From positions 1 to 64,000 of the IMG/VR virus record IMGVR_UViG_3300005056_000001: a stretch of DNA of 64,000 bases; one strand, given 5' to 3'. The notes beneath the pieces were generated by a model. The model was not told the DNA's origin, did not search any database, and saw only the letters and a program-made list of their open reading frames with translations. Position 1 is the stretch's first letter. Every line of letters begins with the position of its first letter. A program made the translations under genes and the position numbers. This document shows positions 48,098 through 56,388 of the stretch, one piece after another.

Positions 48098-49072
48098 CTA
48101 GTCCAAAAGACCGTGCATGTCCACAATAATCAAAACCTTATTCTGTAACGACAAGGCATTCTTTTTTAGGTCTGCCTTTAATTTTTTAATGTCAAAATCC
48201 ACCTCAGACTCCTCGGCCCATTTAATGGCATCTTCGTCATTGGAAAACGTTTCCATGGTATCAAATTTTGAGTCTTTTGCCTCACGAATCTGTGATCTGC
48301 GACCTTTCCCTGCCAACATCTCACGAATCTCTCTACCACGGTCGCCATTGCCGTTATTTCTAATGGCTTTACGCTCCATGTAAGACCGTTTTAATTCTCT
48401 TTCGGAGTTGTCATTGCCGTATTTTTGGTAAGCCATGTCGTCATACCCATTTGTGTTCATGTCTTTGTCTCCGCTGTACATATCGTCTCCACTATAAAGC
48501 ATGTCGAAAGTCATGGTGTCATTGTCCATGTTCATATCATTTCTCATGCCACGACCCATGCCCATATCATTCTCCATATTCATGGCATTTCTCATGCCAC
48601 GACCAAAGTCCATATCTTGCGTCTCATAGTCATCCATATCATTTTCGAAGTCCATATCATAGTCGTCCATATCCATGGCATTGTCAAGAAAGCTGTCGGG
48701 GTTAAAATCCATACCCATATTGCTATACGTTGACTTGTATTCGTCGCCTCCATACTCCATTTCATCCACATCCTCGAATCCCATATAGGTAGAAACTAAC
48801 TCGTGTTCGTTGCCCATGTCATAATAAAACTCTTGTTCGCCACAAAGACACTCGTTGTAGTGCTTTGCCACGCTATCATAAGGACACACAATTAATTTGC
48901 CCTTGGAACTTCTTGTGATTATCACGTTTTTCAGTCCGCTTTCGGCAATTGCGTCTTTTACATTTTTCTTGTCCTCGTTTTTTAGTGATTTAAAAACGGC
49001 AGCACTTTTTCCTACTAATACTTCAAGAGCCTCTTTTAATTCTTTTTGGTTGGTAATCCTTTTAGTTGTCAT
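48098..49072 (-). CDS. low-complexity Met/Asp/Asn-rich protein, possible head scaffold/internal protein
   Basis: MDxDxM and GRGMRN repeats; triple GTACATA upstream. Confidence 0.55.
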   Translation of the reverse strand: MTTKRITNQKELKEALEVLVGKSAAVFKSLKNEDKKNVKDAIAESGLKNVIITRSSKGKLIVCPYDSVAKHYNECLCGEQEFYYDMGNEHELVSTYMGFEDVDEMEYGGDEYKSTYSNMGMDFNPDSFLDNAMDMDDYDMDFENDMDDYETQDMDFGRGMRNAMNMENDMGMGRGMRNDMNMDNDTMTFDMLYSGDDMYSGDKDMNTNGYDDMAYQKYGNDNSERELKRSYMERKAIRNNGNGDRGREIREMLAGKGRRSQIREAKDSKFDTMETFSNDEDAIKWAEESEVDFDIKKLKADLKKNALSLQNKVLIIVDMHGLLD

Positions 49073-49164
49073 TATTGTATATTTAATGTTTTTCAATACG
49101 ATGTATGTACCATTGGTATTGTGGTATGTACCATTGGTATTTTTGGTATGTACAAATGGAGGTG

Positions 49165-49989
49165 TTATAGTATTTTGTCTGAAAATTTAACCAAGTTTGA
49201 TTTAATACGCTCCATCATACGGGAACCTCCAAAGGAATCAAAATCAGGGGCTCTGTGTGGCTGTTGATCGTCTCCTCTGAATTCGGGGGCTTTCATTGGT
49301 TTGGTTGGGGACGGTGTGTTTTTGCCAAAGTGCTCGATTGCGGCATCCATGTGTATCTGCCAAATGTCCGACATAATATCAGGAGTAAATGCCTTGTAAT
49401 TATTTTCTACCTCTTTCCATCCATTGTGGAATGTTTTGCCGCCACCGCCACGCTCACCTGCCCTAGGCATTGTGTCGCCTGTATAGGCAATAACAGTAAT
49501 CATGTCCTTGTCAACACCACTCACGCCCTTAATGATTTGATGCACCAAAAACGTCCGTTTTCGTATTTTGGTTGTGGTCATTATTTGTAATCTTCCACCG
49601 TCCAATTTATTTACCTTAAGGTCTGTCATTCCGTTAAAGTCGTACTCCTTTGCTTGGGGTCTCTTACTTACACCAAAAGCTTTTTTTGCAGCATCTATGT
49701 GTACTTGGCGAATTTCAGACATGATCTCGGGACTAATTGCCTTGTAATGGTTTTCAACTTCTTTCCATCCGTTATGAAACACTTTCCCGCCACCGCCAAT
49801 CTGATTGGCACTAGGCATTGTGTCGCCTGTATAGGAAACGACCGTAATCATTTCTTTGTCAACCCCTCTCACAGACTCGACAATTTGATGTACCCAAAAC
49901 GTCCGTTTTCGTATTTTTGTTGTGGTCATTATCTGATATCGGCCACTGTTTAATTTGTCTACCTCAAGGTCTATTTCTTCATGTCTCAT
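49165..49989 (-). CDS. protein with tandem-duplicated ~110-aa domain
   Basis: QIMTTTKIRKRTF.VHQI...GGGGK.FHNGWKEVEN occurs twice. Confidence 0.75.
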   Translation of the reverse strand: MRHEEIDLEVDKLNSGRYQIMTTTKIRKRTFWVHQIVESVRGVDKEMITVVSYTGDTMPSANQIGGGGKVFHNGWKEVENHYKAISPEIMSEIRQVHIDAAKKAFGVSKRPQAKEYDFNGMTDLKVNKLDGGRLQIMTTTKIRKRTFLVHQIIKGVSGVDKDMITVIAYTGDTMPRAGERGGGGKTFHNGWKEVENNYKAFTPDIMSDIWQIHMDAAIEHFGKNTPSPTKPMKAPEFRGDDQQPHRAPDFDSFGGSRMMERIKSNLVKFSDKIL

Positions 49990-50108
49990 ATAAAACAGGT
50001 TTTTCCGAATGCTTCATGACTATCGGGGGTGTTTATTATGTACCAAAAAGAAATAACCATCCAAAATTGTTGTTGGATGGTTATTTCTTTTTCTCTAGGT
50101 GTTGTTTG

Positions 50109-50621
50109 TTATACATTAAACACAAGCCAAGCGATCGTTATGTCTTCCGATATTTCTTTACAATTAAGTGTGAATTTGTTTTCGTGTTCATATTTTAACC
50201 TTTTACGCACTACCTGTAATAAATAGGAAGGAGATCTATCTGTATTATCACTATCCAACTCAACAATTTTGTGTGCGAATAGCAACTGAATGGCATTGTC
50301 AATAATACGTGTTGTGTTACCAACAAATTGACCCTCAATTAAAAGAACATCATCGGTTACAGACACAGGGTCAAGAGGAGGCAATATTCGTAGATAATTA
50401 ACCTCGTCTTTTTTGTCAATATTTTCGACCATCCTATACATTTCAAAGTTTTCTAAAAATGCTTTCATTGGTGCAATATCGGATACCTTAATGATTTCGT
50501 CAAACTGTTCAACTCCTATTTTTTGTGTATAGTAGCTATTTGTATTGGTATCAACAAATTTTGCAATTAAATAGTCCCCCTCGGTGACTACATTGTTGAT
50601 CTTCATTACTCGTGTTTCCAT
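50109..50621 (-). CDS. hypothetical protein
   Basis: ORF; start METRVM. Confidence 0.65.
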   Translation of the reverse strand: METRVMKINNVVTEGDYLIAKFVDTNTNSYYTQKIGVEQFDEIIKVSDIAPMKAFLENFEMYRMVENIDKKDEVNYLRILPPLDPVSVTDDVLLIEGQFVGNTTRIIDNAIQLLFAHKIVELDSDNTDRSPSYLLQVVRKRLKYEHENKFTLNCKEISEDITIAWLVFNV

Positions 50622-50690
50622 GTTTATTTTTTTACTATAACGGTATTGTGTCGTTAAAGTTGTAAAATAATAAAACAAGAAGAGTTATTG

Positions 50691-50767
50691 TAGCGGAGAT
50701 GGGACTTGAACCCACATGTGACCAATTACGCTTTCAACGTGGTATAAGCACGAGACGTTACACCGCC
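50691..50767 (-). tRNA. non-canonical tRNA-like gene, anticodon TAT (Ile?), with displaced D-arm elements
   Basis: Acceptor GGCGGTG/CTCCGCT plus A73; T arm GTGGG-TTCAAGT-CCCAT; anticodon hairpin CGTG-CTTATAC-CACG only 8 nt after the acceptor strand. Confidence 0.6.
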
Positions 50768-50885
50768 ATGTAGTATAGCAGGGCTGATGATAGATTTATC
50801 ATCAGCCTTTAGTATCGTGTATGTATTGTGCTTGGTCATGATTTGTATTTTTAAATAGGTCTGTGTCGTATCTGTTATAAACTAG

Positions 50886-50972
50886 TAGAAGAAGTGGGAG
50901 TCGAACCCACACGAGTCGTTAGCTCCGAACGGTTTTCAAAACCGTGGCCACCGCCCATTGGCTTGCTCTTCC
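50886..50972 (-). tRNA. tRNA-Ser(TGA)
   Basis: ACGGT-TTTGAAA-ACCGT anticodon arm; long variable arm; TTCGA T loop. Confidence 0.85.
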
Positions 50973-51283
50973 TAATCTACAATACAACAACAAATTTCTT
51001 CAACTAATTGGGTGTCGTTGACAACATATGCGTTTCTTGATGGTAAAAATAAGAATGCCTTTGAATTGTTGACCCGTTCGATAAAGTCTGTTGTTATTAA
51101 ACCGTCTCTTACAGAAAAAATTTCTAGACTTTTCATTACACTTTCGGCAACAGCACTCACGGTTTCGTGTTTTTCAACAACTCTATTTTCGGAATCGCTC
51201 CAAAATACATGGGGACAGGAAACCTCAATAATCAATTCTTCCTTAATTCCATATTTTCCGACCAAATCATTCTTAGTAATCAT
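50972..51283 (-). CDS. hypothetical protein within tRNA cluster
   Basis: ORF. Confidence 0.6.
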   Translation of the reverse strand: MITKNDLVGKYGIKEELIIEVSCPHVFWSDSENRVVEKHETVSAVAESVMKSLEIFSVRDGLITTDFIERVNNSKAFLFLPSRNAYVVNDTQLVEEICCCIVD

Positions 51284-51354
51284 ATTGTATTTTGTTTTGT
51301 TTTGTTTTGTTAATAATCACATAACGCAATTATACAATATTTATTCAAAACTTG

Positions 51355-51437
51355 TGGGGGTAGAAGGACTCGAACCTACTCAGTCATAGACACTAGATTT
51401 ACAGTCTAGCACGGCTCTCCAACTCCGTCGCACTCCC
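51355..51437 (-). tRNA. tRNA-Tyr(GTA)
   Basis: CTAGA-CTGTAAA-TCTAG anticodon arm; long variable arm. Confidence 0.9.
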
Positions 51438-51545
51438 ATATTAACATGGTATATTTTTTCGATTATGACACTTTGTTTGGTTAAGCTATCATGGAAACTT
51501 TCCACGGAAGGGCTTCCACCTTCTTGTCTTCATAAAAGTTTCTTG

Positions 51546-51620
51546 GGCACATGACGGGATTCGAACCCGTGACCCTCGGTACCACAAACCGATGCTCTAA
51601 CCGTCTGAGCTACACGAACC
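51546..51620 (-). tRNA. tRNA-His(GTG)
   Basis: TCGGT-TTGTGGT-ACCGA anticodon arm; G-1 and C73. Confidence 0.9.
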
Positions 51621-51631
51621 ATATATTTTAG

Positions 51632-51704
51632 TGGAGCAGGAGGGACTTGAACCCACATCCTTCGCATTGCAAATGCGATGCTCAGCCAATTGAGCTACTG
51701 TCCC
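51632..51704 (-). tRNA. tRNA-Ala(TGC)
   Basis: TCGCA-TTTGCAA-TGCGA anticodon arm; G3:U70; A73. Confidence 0.92.
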
Positions 51705-51834
51705 GAATCCGACGCTATACTAAGGCAAAAACTGCCAATGACATGAAGCCAACGTTCATATAAGTCAGAAATTACTTTTTGTATCACTAATACAAAGGTT
51801 TTTACACAAAAGTTCCCCAACAATATAATTAAAC

Positions 51835-52125
51835 AAAAAAAACACCAACAAGCTAGTTGTTGGTGTTTAAAAAGAAGTTGTCATACGAGAAGTTAGAAAC
51901 GGTAAACACTATACCGCTCCCCCATACAACTTAAAAACAGGCGCAAGGTAATAAAAACAGGCGCAAACAGGCGAAAGTTTCTAAAACAGGCGCAAGAAGC
52001 AAAAAAAATCTTGATCGTTAGGATTTCGTGGGCTACACACGCCTTTTATTATAACCTTCAACCTCCTTTCGGTCAGTCTACTGAGCTTTGTTTCTTTATC
52101 AAAACAACCAAGACTTTTATATCAC
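51835..52125 (-). ncRNA. candidate structured ncRNA with four TT(G/T)CGCCTGTTT repeats
   Basis: -7-like element at ~52131-52138; no credible ORF; 3' stem-loop; terminator at ~51835-51870. Confidence 0.4.
51935..51995. repeat. AAACAGGCG(C/A)AA x4
   Basis: Copies start at 51935, 51955, 51965 and 51984. Confidence 0.9.
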
Positions 52126-52238
52126 TGTCACAATATATAACAACTTTATACAGTAAACGAATTTTTTGGGCTTTATCTTGAAAAAAAGATTGTTTTTTGT
52201 CATAGTCCGTAAAATAAGCGTTCTTATAGAAAGAAATA

Positions 52239-52718
52239 ATGACAACACAATTAATAAACCATCTTTCAAGCGAGTCTGAGCGTGTCGGTGCCTTGGATAC
52301 CATTTACTCACAAATGATTGTATCAAAAAGCCTGTCTGCCTATCCAAACTTTTCGGATTGGCTTTATAAAAAGGTTGGCCTTGGTATAGTCATGAACCAA
52401 AGGAGTATTGTGCTAAAATACATAAACAAAAGGCTTGTGGGCTTTGTCATACTAAAACATCACAAAGAGCATAAATTATGCACCTTTTTTATACTCGACA
52501 ACTATCGTAAGCAAGGAATTGGTCATAAAATGATGACGGAATCCATGGCATTTTTGAATACATTCGGGAATGTGCCTATTACGATAACAATGTCCGTGTT
52601 TGTTGTTTCGGATTTTAACAAAATTCTTACGAATCACGGTTTTGTCTTTGATTATGTCGTTCAATCCGAATACACAAAGGATGTTCCTGAGTACCACCAC
52701 ATCAGGCCCTTGTCCTAA
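52239..52718 (+). CDS. GNAT acetyltransferase
   Basis: KLCTFFILDNYRKQGIG acetyl-CoA motif A; HGF motif B. Confidence 0.8.
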   Translation: MTTQLINHLSSESERVGALDTIYSQMIVSKSLSAYPNFSDWLYKKVGLGIVMNQRSIVLKYINKRLVGFVILKHHKEHKLCTFFILDNYRKQGIGHKMMTESMAFLNTFGNVPITITMSVFVVSDFNKILTNHGFVFDYVVQSEYTKDVPEYHHIRPLS

Positions 52719-53065
52719 TCCCTTTTGAATGCACTTTTTCTCATCTTGAATCTATTGCATAACTTCTCAATAACACCGTCGGACAATTCACGGTCGCCCT
52801 TTAGTATATCCGAAACATGTTCTTCTGAAACATCCAATATTTTTGCCAAATCTTTTTGGTTTATTTTGTGGTCACACATTAGCGAATTAATCATTTCTAA
52901 TGGAGTACATTCGGTTTCGTCAAAACCATTTCTTGTGTCCCATTCATCAATAAACGTTTCCAATTCCTCTATTTTTGAATCATATAACACATCGTTCTTG
53001 TGGACATAGTCCTCTAACAGGTCACAATATCTATTATACATGTCAATATCTATTATTCGTTTCAT
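52715..53065 (-). CDS. HigA-like HTH antitoxin (orphan)
   Basis: YNRYCDLLE...IEELETFIDEWD...PLEMINSLM...QKDLAKILDVSEEHVSDILKGDRELS. Confidence 0.75.
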   Translation of the reverse strand: MKRIIDIDMYNRYCDLLEDYVHKNDVLYDSKIEELETFIDEWDTRNGFDETECTPLEMINSLMCDHKINQKDLAKILDVSEEHVSDILKGDRELSDGVIEKLCNRFKMRKSAFKRD

Positions 53066-53090
53066 TGCTAATTGGTTTAATTTTATTGTT

Positions 53091-53291
53091 TTAATTGGTG
53101 GCTTGTCTACAGTCAGAGACATCTAACGCTACCATCGTAAGACACAGCCATATGCTGCCTGTGGCATAGATAGATTGATAGATTATATTGGGTAGTTCAG
53201 GGTAAAAAACAGACAGTAAAAGTGCTGATGTTATGGTAACAATAGGTGGTAGTAACAATAATGCCCGTGTGGATGTTTTTTGTAGATTCAT
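53091..53291 (-). CDS. small two-TM membrane protein
   Basis: Two hydrophobic segments. Confidence 0.5.
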   Translation of the reverse strand: MNLQKTSTRALLLLPPIVTITSALLLSVFYPELPNIIYQSIYATGSIWLCLTMVALDVSDCRQATN

Positions 53292-53363
53292 AATTATTGT
53301 GTTTTTACGGGAAAGAATACGGAGGAACCACGGTCGAATATTTACAATGACCCCTCCGTATTG

Positions 53364-54143
53364 CTATACTCCCAATGTTCTTGTATAATTTTGAAATCTA
53401 AGCTTCACGATCTTGGTACGGTCACTATTCCTTAAGACAACACCCTCCGACCTCATTTTTGCGCTATCAGACAGAGCCACCAAGGTTTTTGGAACAACCG
53501 TATTAAGATAGTCCAAAATGGTTTGGTGATCGAAATTTTTGATATCAACAGGGAGCTGAGGAACCTGTGCAAAATTGTATTTTTTACAAAATTCTGTGAG
53601 TTCGGTGTTTGTGAGGAAGTCGTGTCCATACACAATACCGTTGTCTGTTTCGTATTCTCGGAATGACGAAATTTCTTTGATATCCAACTCAAGAATAGAC
53701 AAATCCTTGATTGTTATTACATCAAAAATACGACAGCCGTATTCATTCTTTGTTCCGTACTGTTTTGAGGCCTTACCAACCGATCCACCATAGAGCTCGC
53801 CATAAATGACGGTCAATTCCTTGAAGTCTGTCGGGAAGGTAACCATTTTTCTGAGTTCGTCAACGATATCCAAGGCAGAATTACGACATAGGTCTTTTGA
53901 ATATGTCAAAATCTCTTTTCTTGAACCAATCAAATATTCATTCCCCCAACAGATCATACGAAAATTTGTGCCATCAACCTTTTCCGAGCCACACAGCTCA
54001 TCGTCCAACGAAATGTCGGTTGCAAGCTCATTCGTCAACATACCCCTGTCACCGATTTTGTGGAGCGTTTTGATTGACGGATACTTGGTCAACGTATTAA
54101 TCTTGTCGATGCCATATTTTAAAACAAGTTCTTTTAATTTCAT
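53364..54143 (-). CDS. ATP-dependent RNA ligase (Rnl2-like nucleotidyltransferase)
   Basis: Motif I EKVDGTN, III YGELYG, IIIa IFD, IV EGVVLR, V KLR. Confidence 0.85.
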   Translation of the reverse strand: MKLKELVLKYGIDKINTLTKYPSIKTLHKIGDRGMLTNELATDISLDDELCGSEKVDGTNFRMICWGNEYLIGSRKEILTYSKDLCRNSALDIVDELRKMVTFPTDFKELTVIYGELYGGSVGKASKQYGTKNEYGCRIFDVITIKDLSILELDIKEISSFREYETDNGIVYGHDFLTNTELTEFCKKYNFAQVPQLPVDIKNFDHQTILDYLNTVVPKTLVALSDSAKMRSEGVVLRNSDRTKIVKLRFQNYTRTLGV

Positions 54144-54252
54144 TTTTACTTTTATGATTTGTTAATATTTTGATTTAGGCAAATATACAAAAAAGGCAGG
54201 ACAATGTATAATCATGTCCCACCTTTCTTGCGCAATATTTTTAATCAATATC

Positions 54253-56388
54253 TTATGCCTGATACAAATTACCGTCAGACCCAAACAAGATCACACCCTC
54301 CAATGTCGGAATTTCTCCGAGCGCAACAGAAGGGATACCCTTCTCACGGCATAAATCTGCCGTGTGGTTGAACAAGCTTTTGTTTGTGACAATAACACCC
54401 TTATAACCGTCAATGTCGGAAGGCGAGGCAAAATCACCGATAAAAATATCTTTTACATCAACTTCCATGGCATCATCAACCGAAAGATTAAGACCCTCGT
54501 GTAAAAGAGGCATGTCTGTGTCGAATGGTTTGATTTCGATGTTACCAACCATGTTTTTATATGCTGCCTGACTAATTTTGCCACACTGATAAAGATCCGT
54601 AAAATAGGCAACCTTGATACGCTTGGTAAGGATGGCAGGCTTTAGTTGGGTGATAATAATATTCCCCTTGTTGTTGACAATAAATTCCACAACACTTGCC
54701 TTTGTTCCAATTTCTCTTGCCTTCATCACCTCCTTGAGGTATGCAATTTGGTCGCCTGTCAGAACATCATAAATGTCACTACCGACAACATTCCCAAGAT
54801 TGTATTCGCTTGCGTCCCCTTGTACACACTCCCCAAATAGTCCTGTCTTGCCTGTAATCGGGTGGTGGTTATAAACAACCCCACCAACTTTAGACTCGAT
54901 ATATTCTTGGATACCAAGCGCAAAACCAAATCCCCATTCCTCGGGAAACGTGTTGTTGTCTTTTCCTTCCTTAATGATAGCCACAATTTCTGTTTTGAGT
55001 TCTTCTAATGTCACAACCCCAATATTTTTTGTTGGCAACTGACCCGATAGCGGCATCATAGGAGAAGTTCGAAGGATAATTTTTTTGCCCTCAAGACTTG
55101 TTACCCCCCTGAATGAGCACTTGGCAGCAAATGTGAAATCGTCAAGTGCCTCGAGTCCTTTTGTATAGATATCCTTGCACATATTCGAATTAAGTACAAC
55201 AAACACAGGAACCTCAGTTTTGCTATTCCCACGGAGATTTTTAAGATTTTGGTATTTTGTGCCATTCCACTTGTCTCCTTTGCCAATCATATTAAATTGA
55301 AAGATATCTTTTATGTTTCTTCCAAGCTCAAACCCTTTATAGCTTTCTGCCGCCAATGCCGCATAGACATCCGCCACTTTTACTTTGTTTTGGGAGCGTG
55401 AATCGACCACAAGTGTTTCCAAACCAAACCGAACATGCCATTCCAAGACGGTGTGTAGTTGTGAGATCGTTTCCATGCCGTGCATATGCCATGTGCCGTT
55501 TCTCATATAGAGGCAGTTATCCTTTTCCCATCCATTGCGCATTACGGCAGGCTCTAGATTATTTAGATGAACCAATATCTCATTTGCATCCAAATAAATT
55601 TTCCCTTCAGGATCCACCATTGCAGAAAAGCTGTGAAAGCCGTATGATTTGTTGTCATAGGAACAACCCGATTGCTGTCTTAATTGCTCGTTGCTCATGT
55701 ATCCCAATACATAGGCAGGAGTATAATCATAGCCATCAGGCATCCAATTGTCATGGATTTGGTTGTGTGGCGTTGTATTGAATGATGTCCCAAACAGCTC
55801 ATTTAGTGCAGCCAATTCGGAAATAAAAGCCTCCATTTTTCTTCTGTAAGAATGTTTAGGGAAAAGCAGTTCCTCCCACTCGTTTTCTTCAATCTTCTTG
55901 AAGTGTTTTGCAAGAACGTCCCTGTCGTATGAGTCGATTGGGGCAGTCTCGTATTCGGAGTCTTCCTTTTTTACAAAGTGTTTCGTAAGCAAATCCTTGT
56001 CATACGAATCAAGTATAGAACACTCCAACTTATTTTTTAACTCGACCAACTTGTCGCCTGTATTGACCATCCATGCAACATCATAGATTTCTTTTACAAG
56101 CTTTTCGGCCACCCATGTTCGGTTAAGCACCAAATGAGTTTCAGAATCACACAAAGAAAGAATCGCCTTCTTTTCTGTTTCGACGTGTGGATGGTCACTG
56201 AAGGTCATAAACCTCCGACCCTCAAGGATGTCAATATAGATAGCATCAGACAAACCATTTTGTGTGGCTTCTCTGAGCATGGATATTGCGCTCTTGACTC
56301 GAAGGTGTGTAAACTCCTCCCTTGCAACATATGTGATACGTTCTAATTCGGCCTTTAGGTCTACTCTTGGTATTGTTATGCTTTCCAT
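54253..56388 (-). CDS. PPDK/PEP-synthase-like ATP-grasp plus phospho-His swivel protein with unknown N-terminal domain
   Basis: KYQNL, VPVFVV, LRTS, SGQ, IQEYI, GGVVY...PITG, EF, TQLKP; swivel GVIVT...NHTADLCREKGIPSV. Confidence 0.7.
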   Translation of the reverse strand: MESITIPRVDLKAELERITYVAREEFTHLRVKSAISMLREATQNGLSDAIYIDILEGRRFMTFSDHPHVETEKKAILSLCDSETHLVLNRTWVAEKLVKEIYDVAWMVNTGDKLVELKNKLECSILDSYDKDLLTKHFVKKEDSEYETAPIDSYDRDVLAKHFKKIEENEWEELLFPKHSYRRKMEAFISELAALNELFGTSFNTTPHNQIHDNWMPDGYDYTPAYVLGYMSNEQLRQQSGCSYDNKSYGFHSFSAMVDPEGKIYLDANEILVHLNNLEPAVMRNGWEKDNCLYMRNGTWHMHGMETISQLHTVLEWHVRFGLETLVVDSRSQNKVKVADVYAALAAESYKGFELGRNIKDIFQFNMIGKGDKWNGTKYQNLKNLRGNSKTEVPVFVVLNSNMCKDIYTKGLEALDDFTFAAKCSFRGVTSLEGKKIILRTSPMMPLSGQLPTKNIGVVTLEELKTEIVAIIKEGKDNNTFPEEWGFGFALGIQEYIESKVGGVVYNHHPITGKTGLFGECVQGDASEYNLGNVVGSDIYDVLTGDQIAYLKEVMKAREIGTKASVVEFIVNNKGNIIITQLKPAILTKRIKVAYFTDLYQCGKISQAAYKNMVGNIEIKPFDTDMPLLHEGLNLSVDDAMEVDVKDIFIGDFASPSDIDGYKGVIVTNKSLFNHTADLCREKGIPSVALGEIPTLEGVILFGSDGNLYQA

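Noticed and set aside
49165-49989. Diversity-generating retroelement TR/VR pair
   Set aside because: Both copies are in frame in one gene, differences are not adenine-specific, and no reverse transcriptase is in the window.
50726-50839. 37-aa ORF running into the twisted tRNA
   Set aside because: Overlaps a hairpin and the tRNA-like gene with no recognisable protein features; probably incidental.
51935-51995. Mini-CRISPR array
   Set aside because: Repeats are only 12 bp with 0-8 bp gaps; no spacers and no cas genes.
52239-53065. GNAT-HigA as a bona fide toxin-antitoxin operon
   Set aside because: The genes are convergent, and GNAT toxins normally pair with RHH antitoxins upstream in the same operon.
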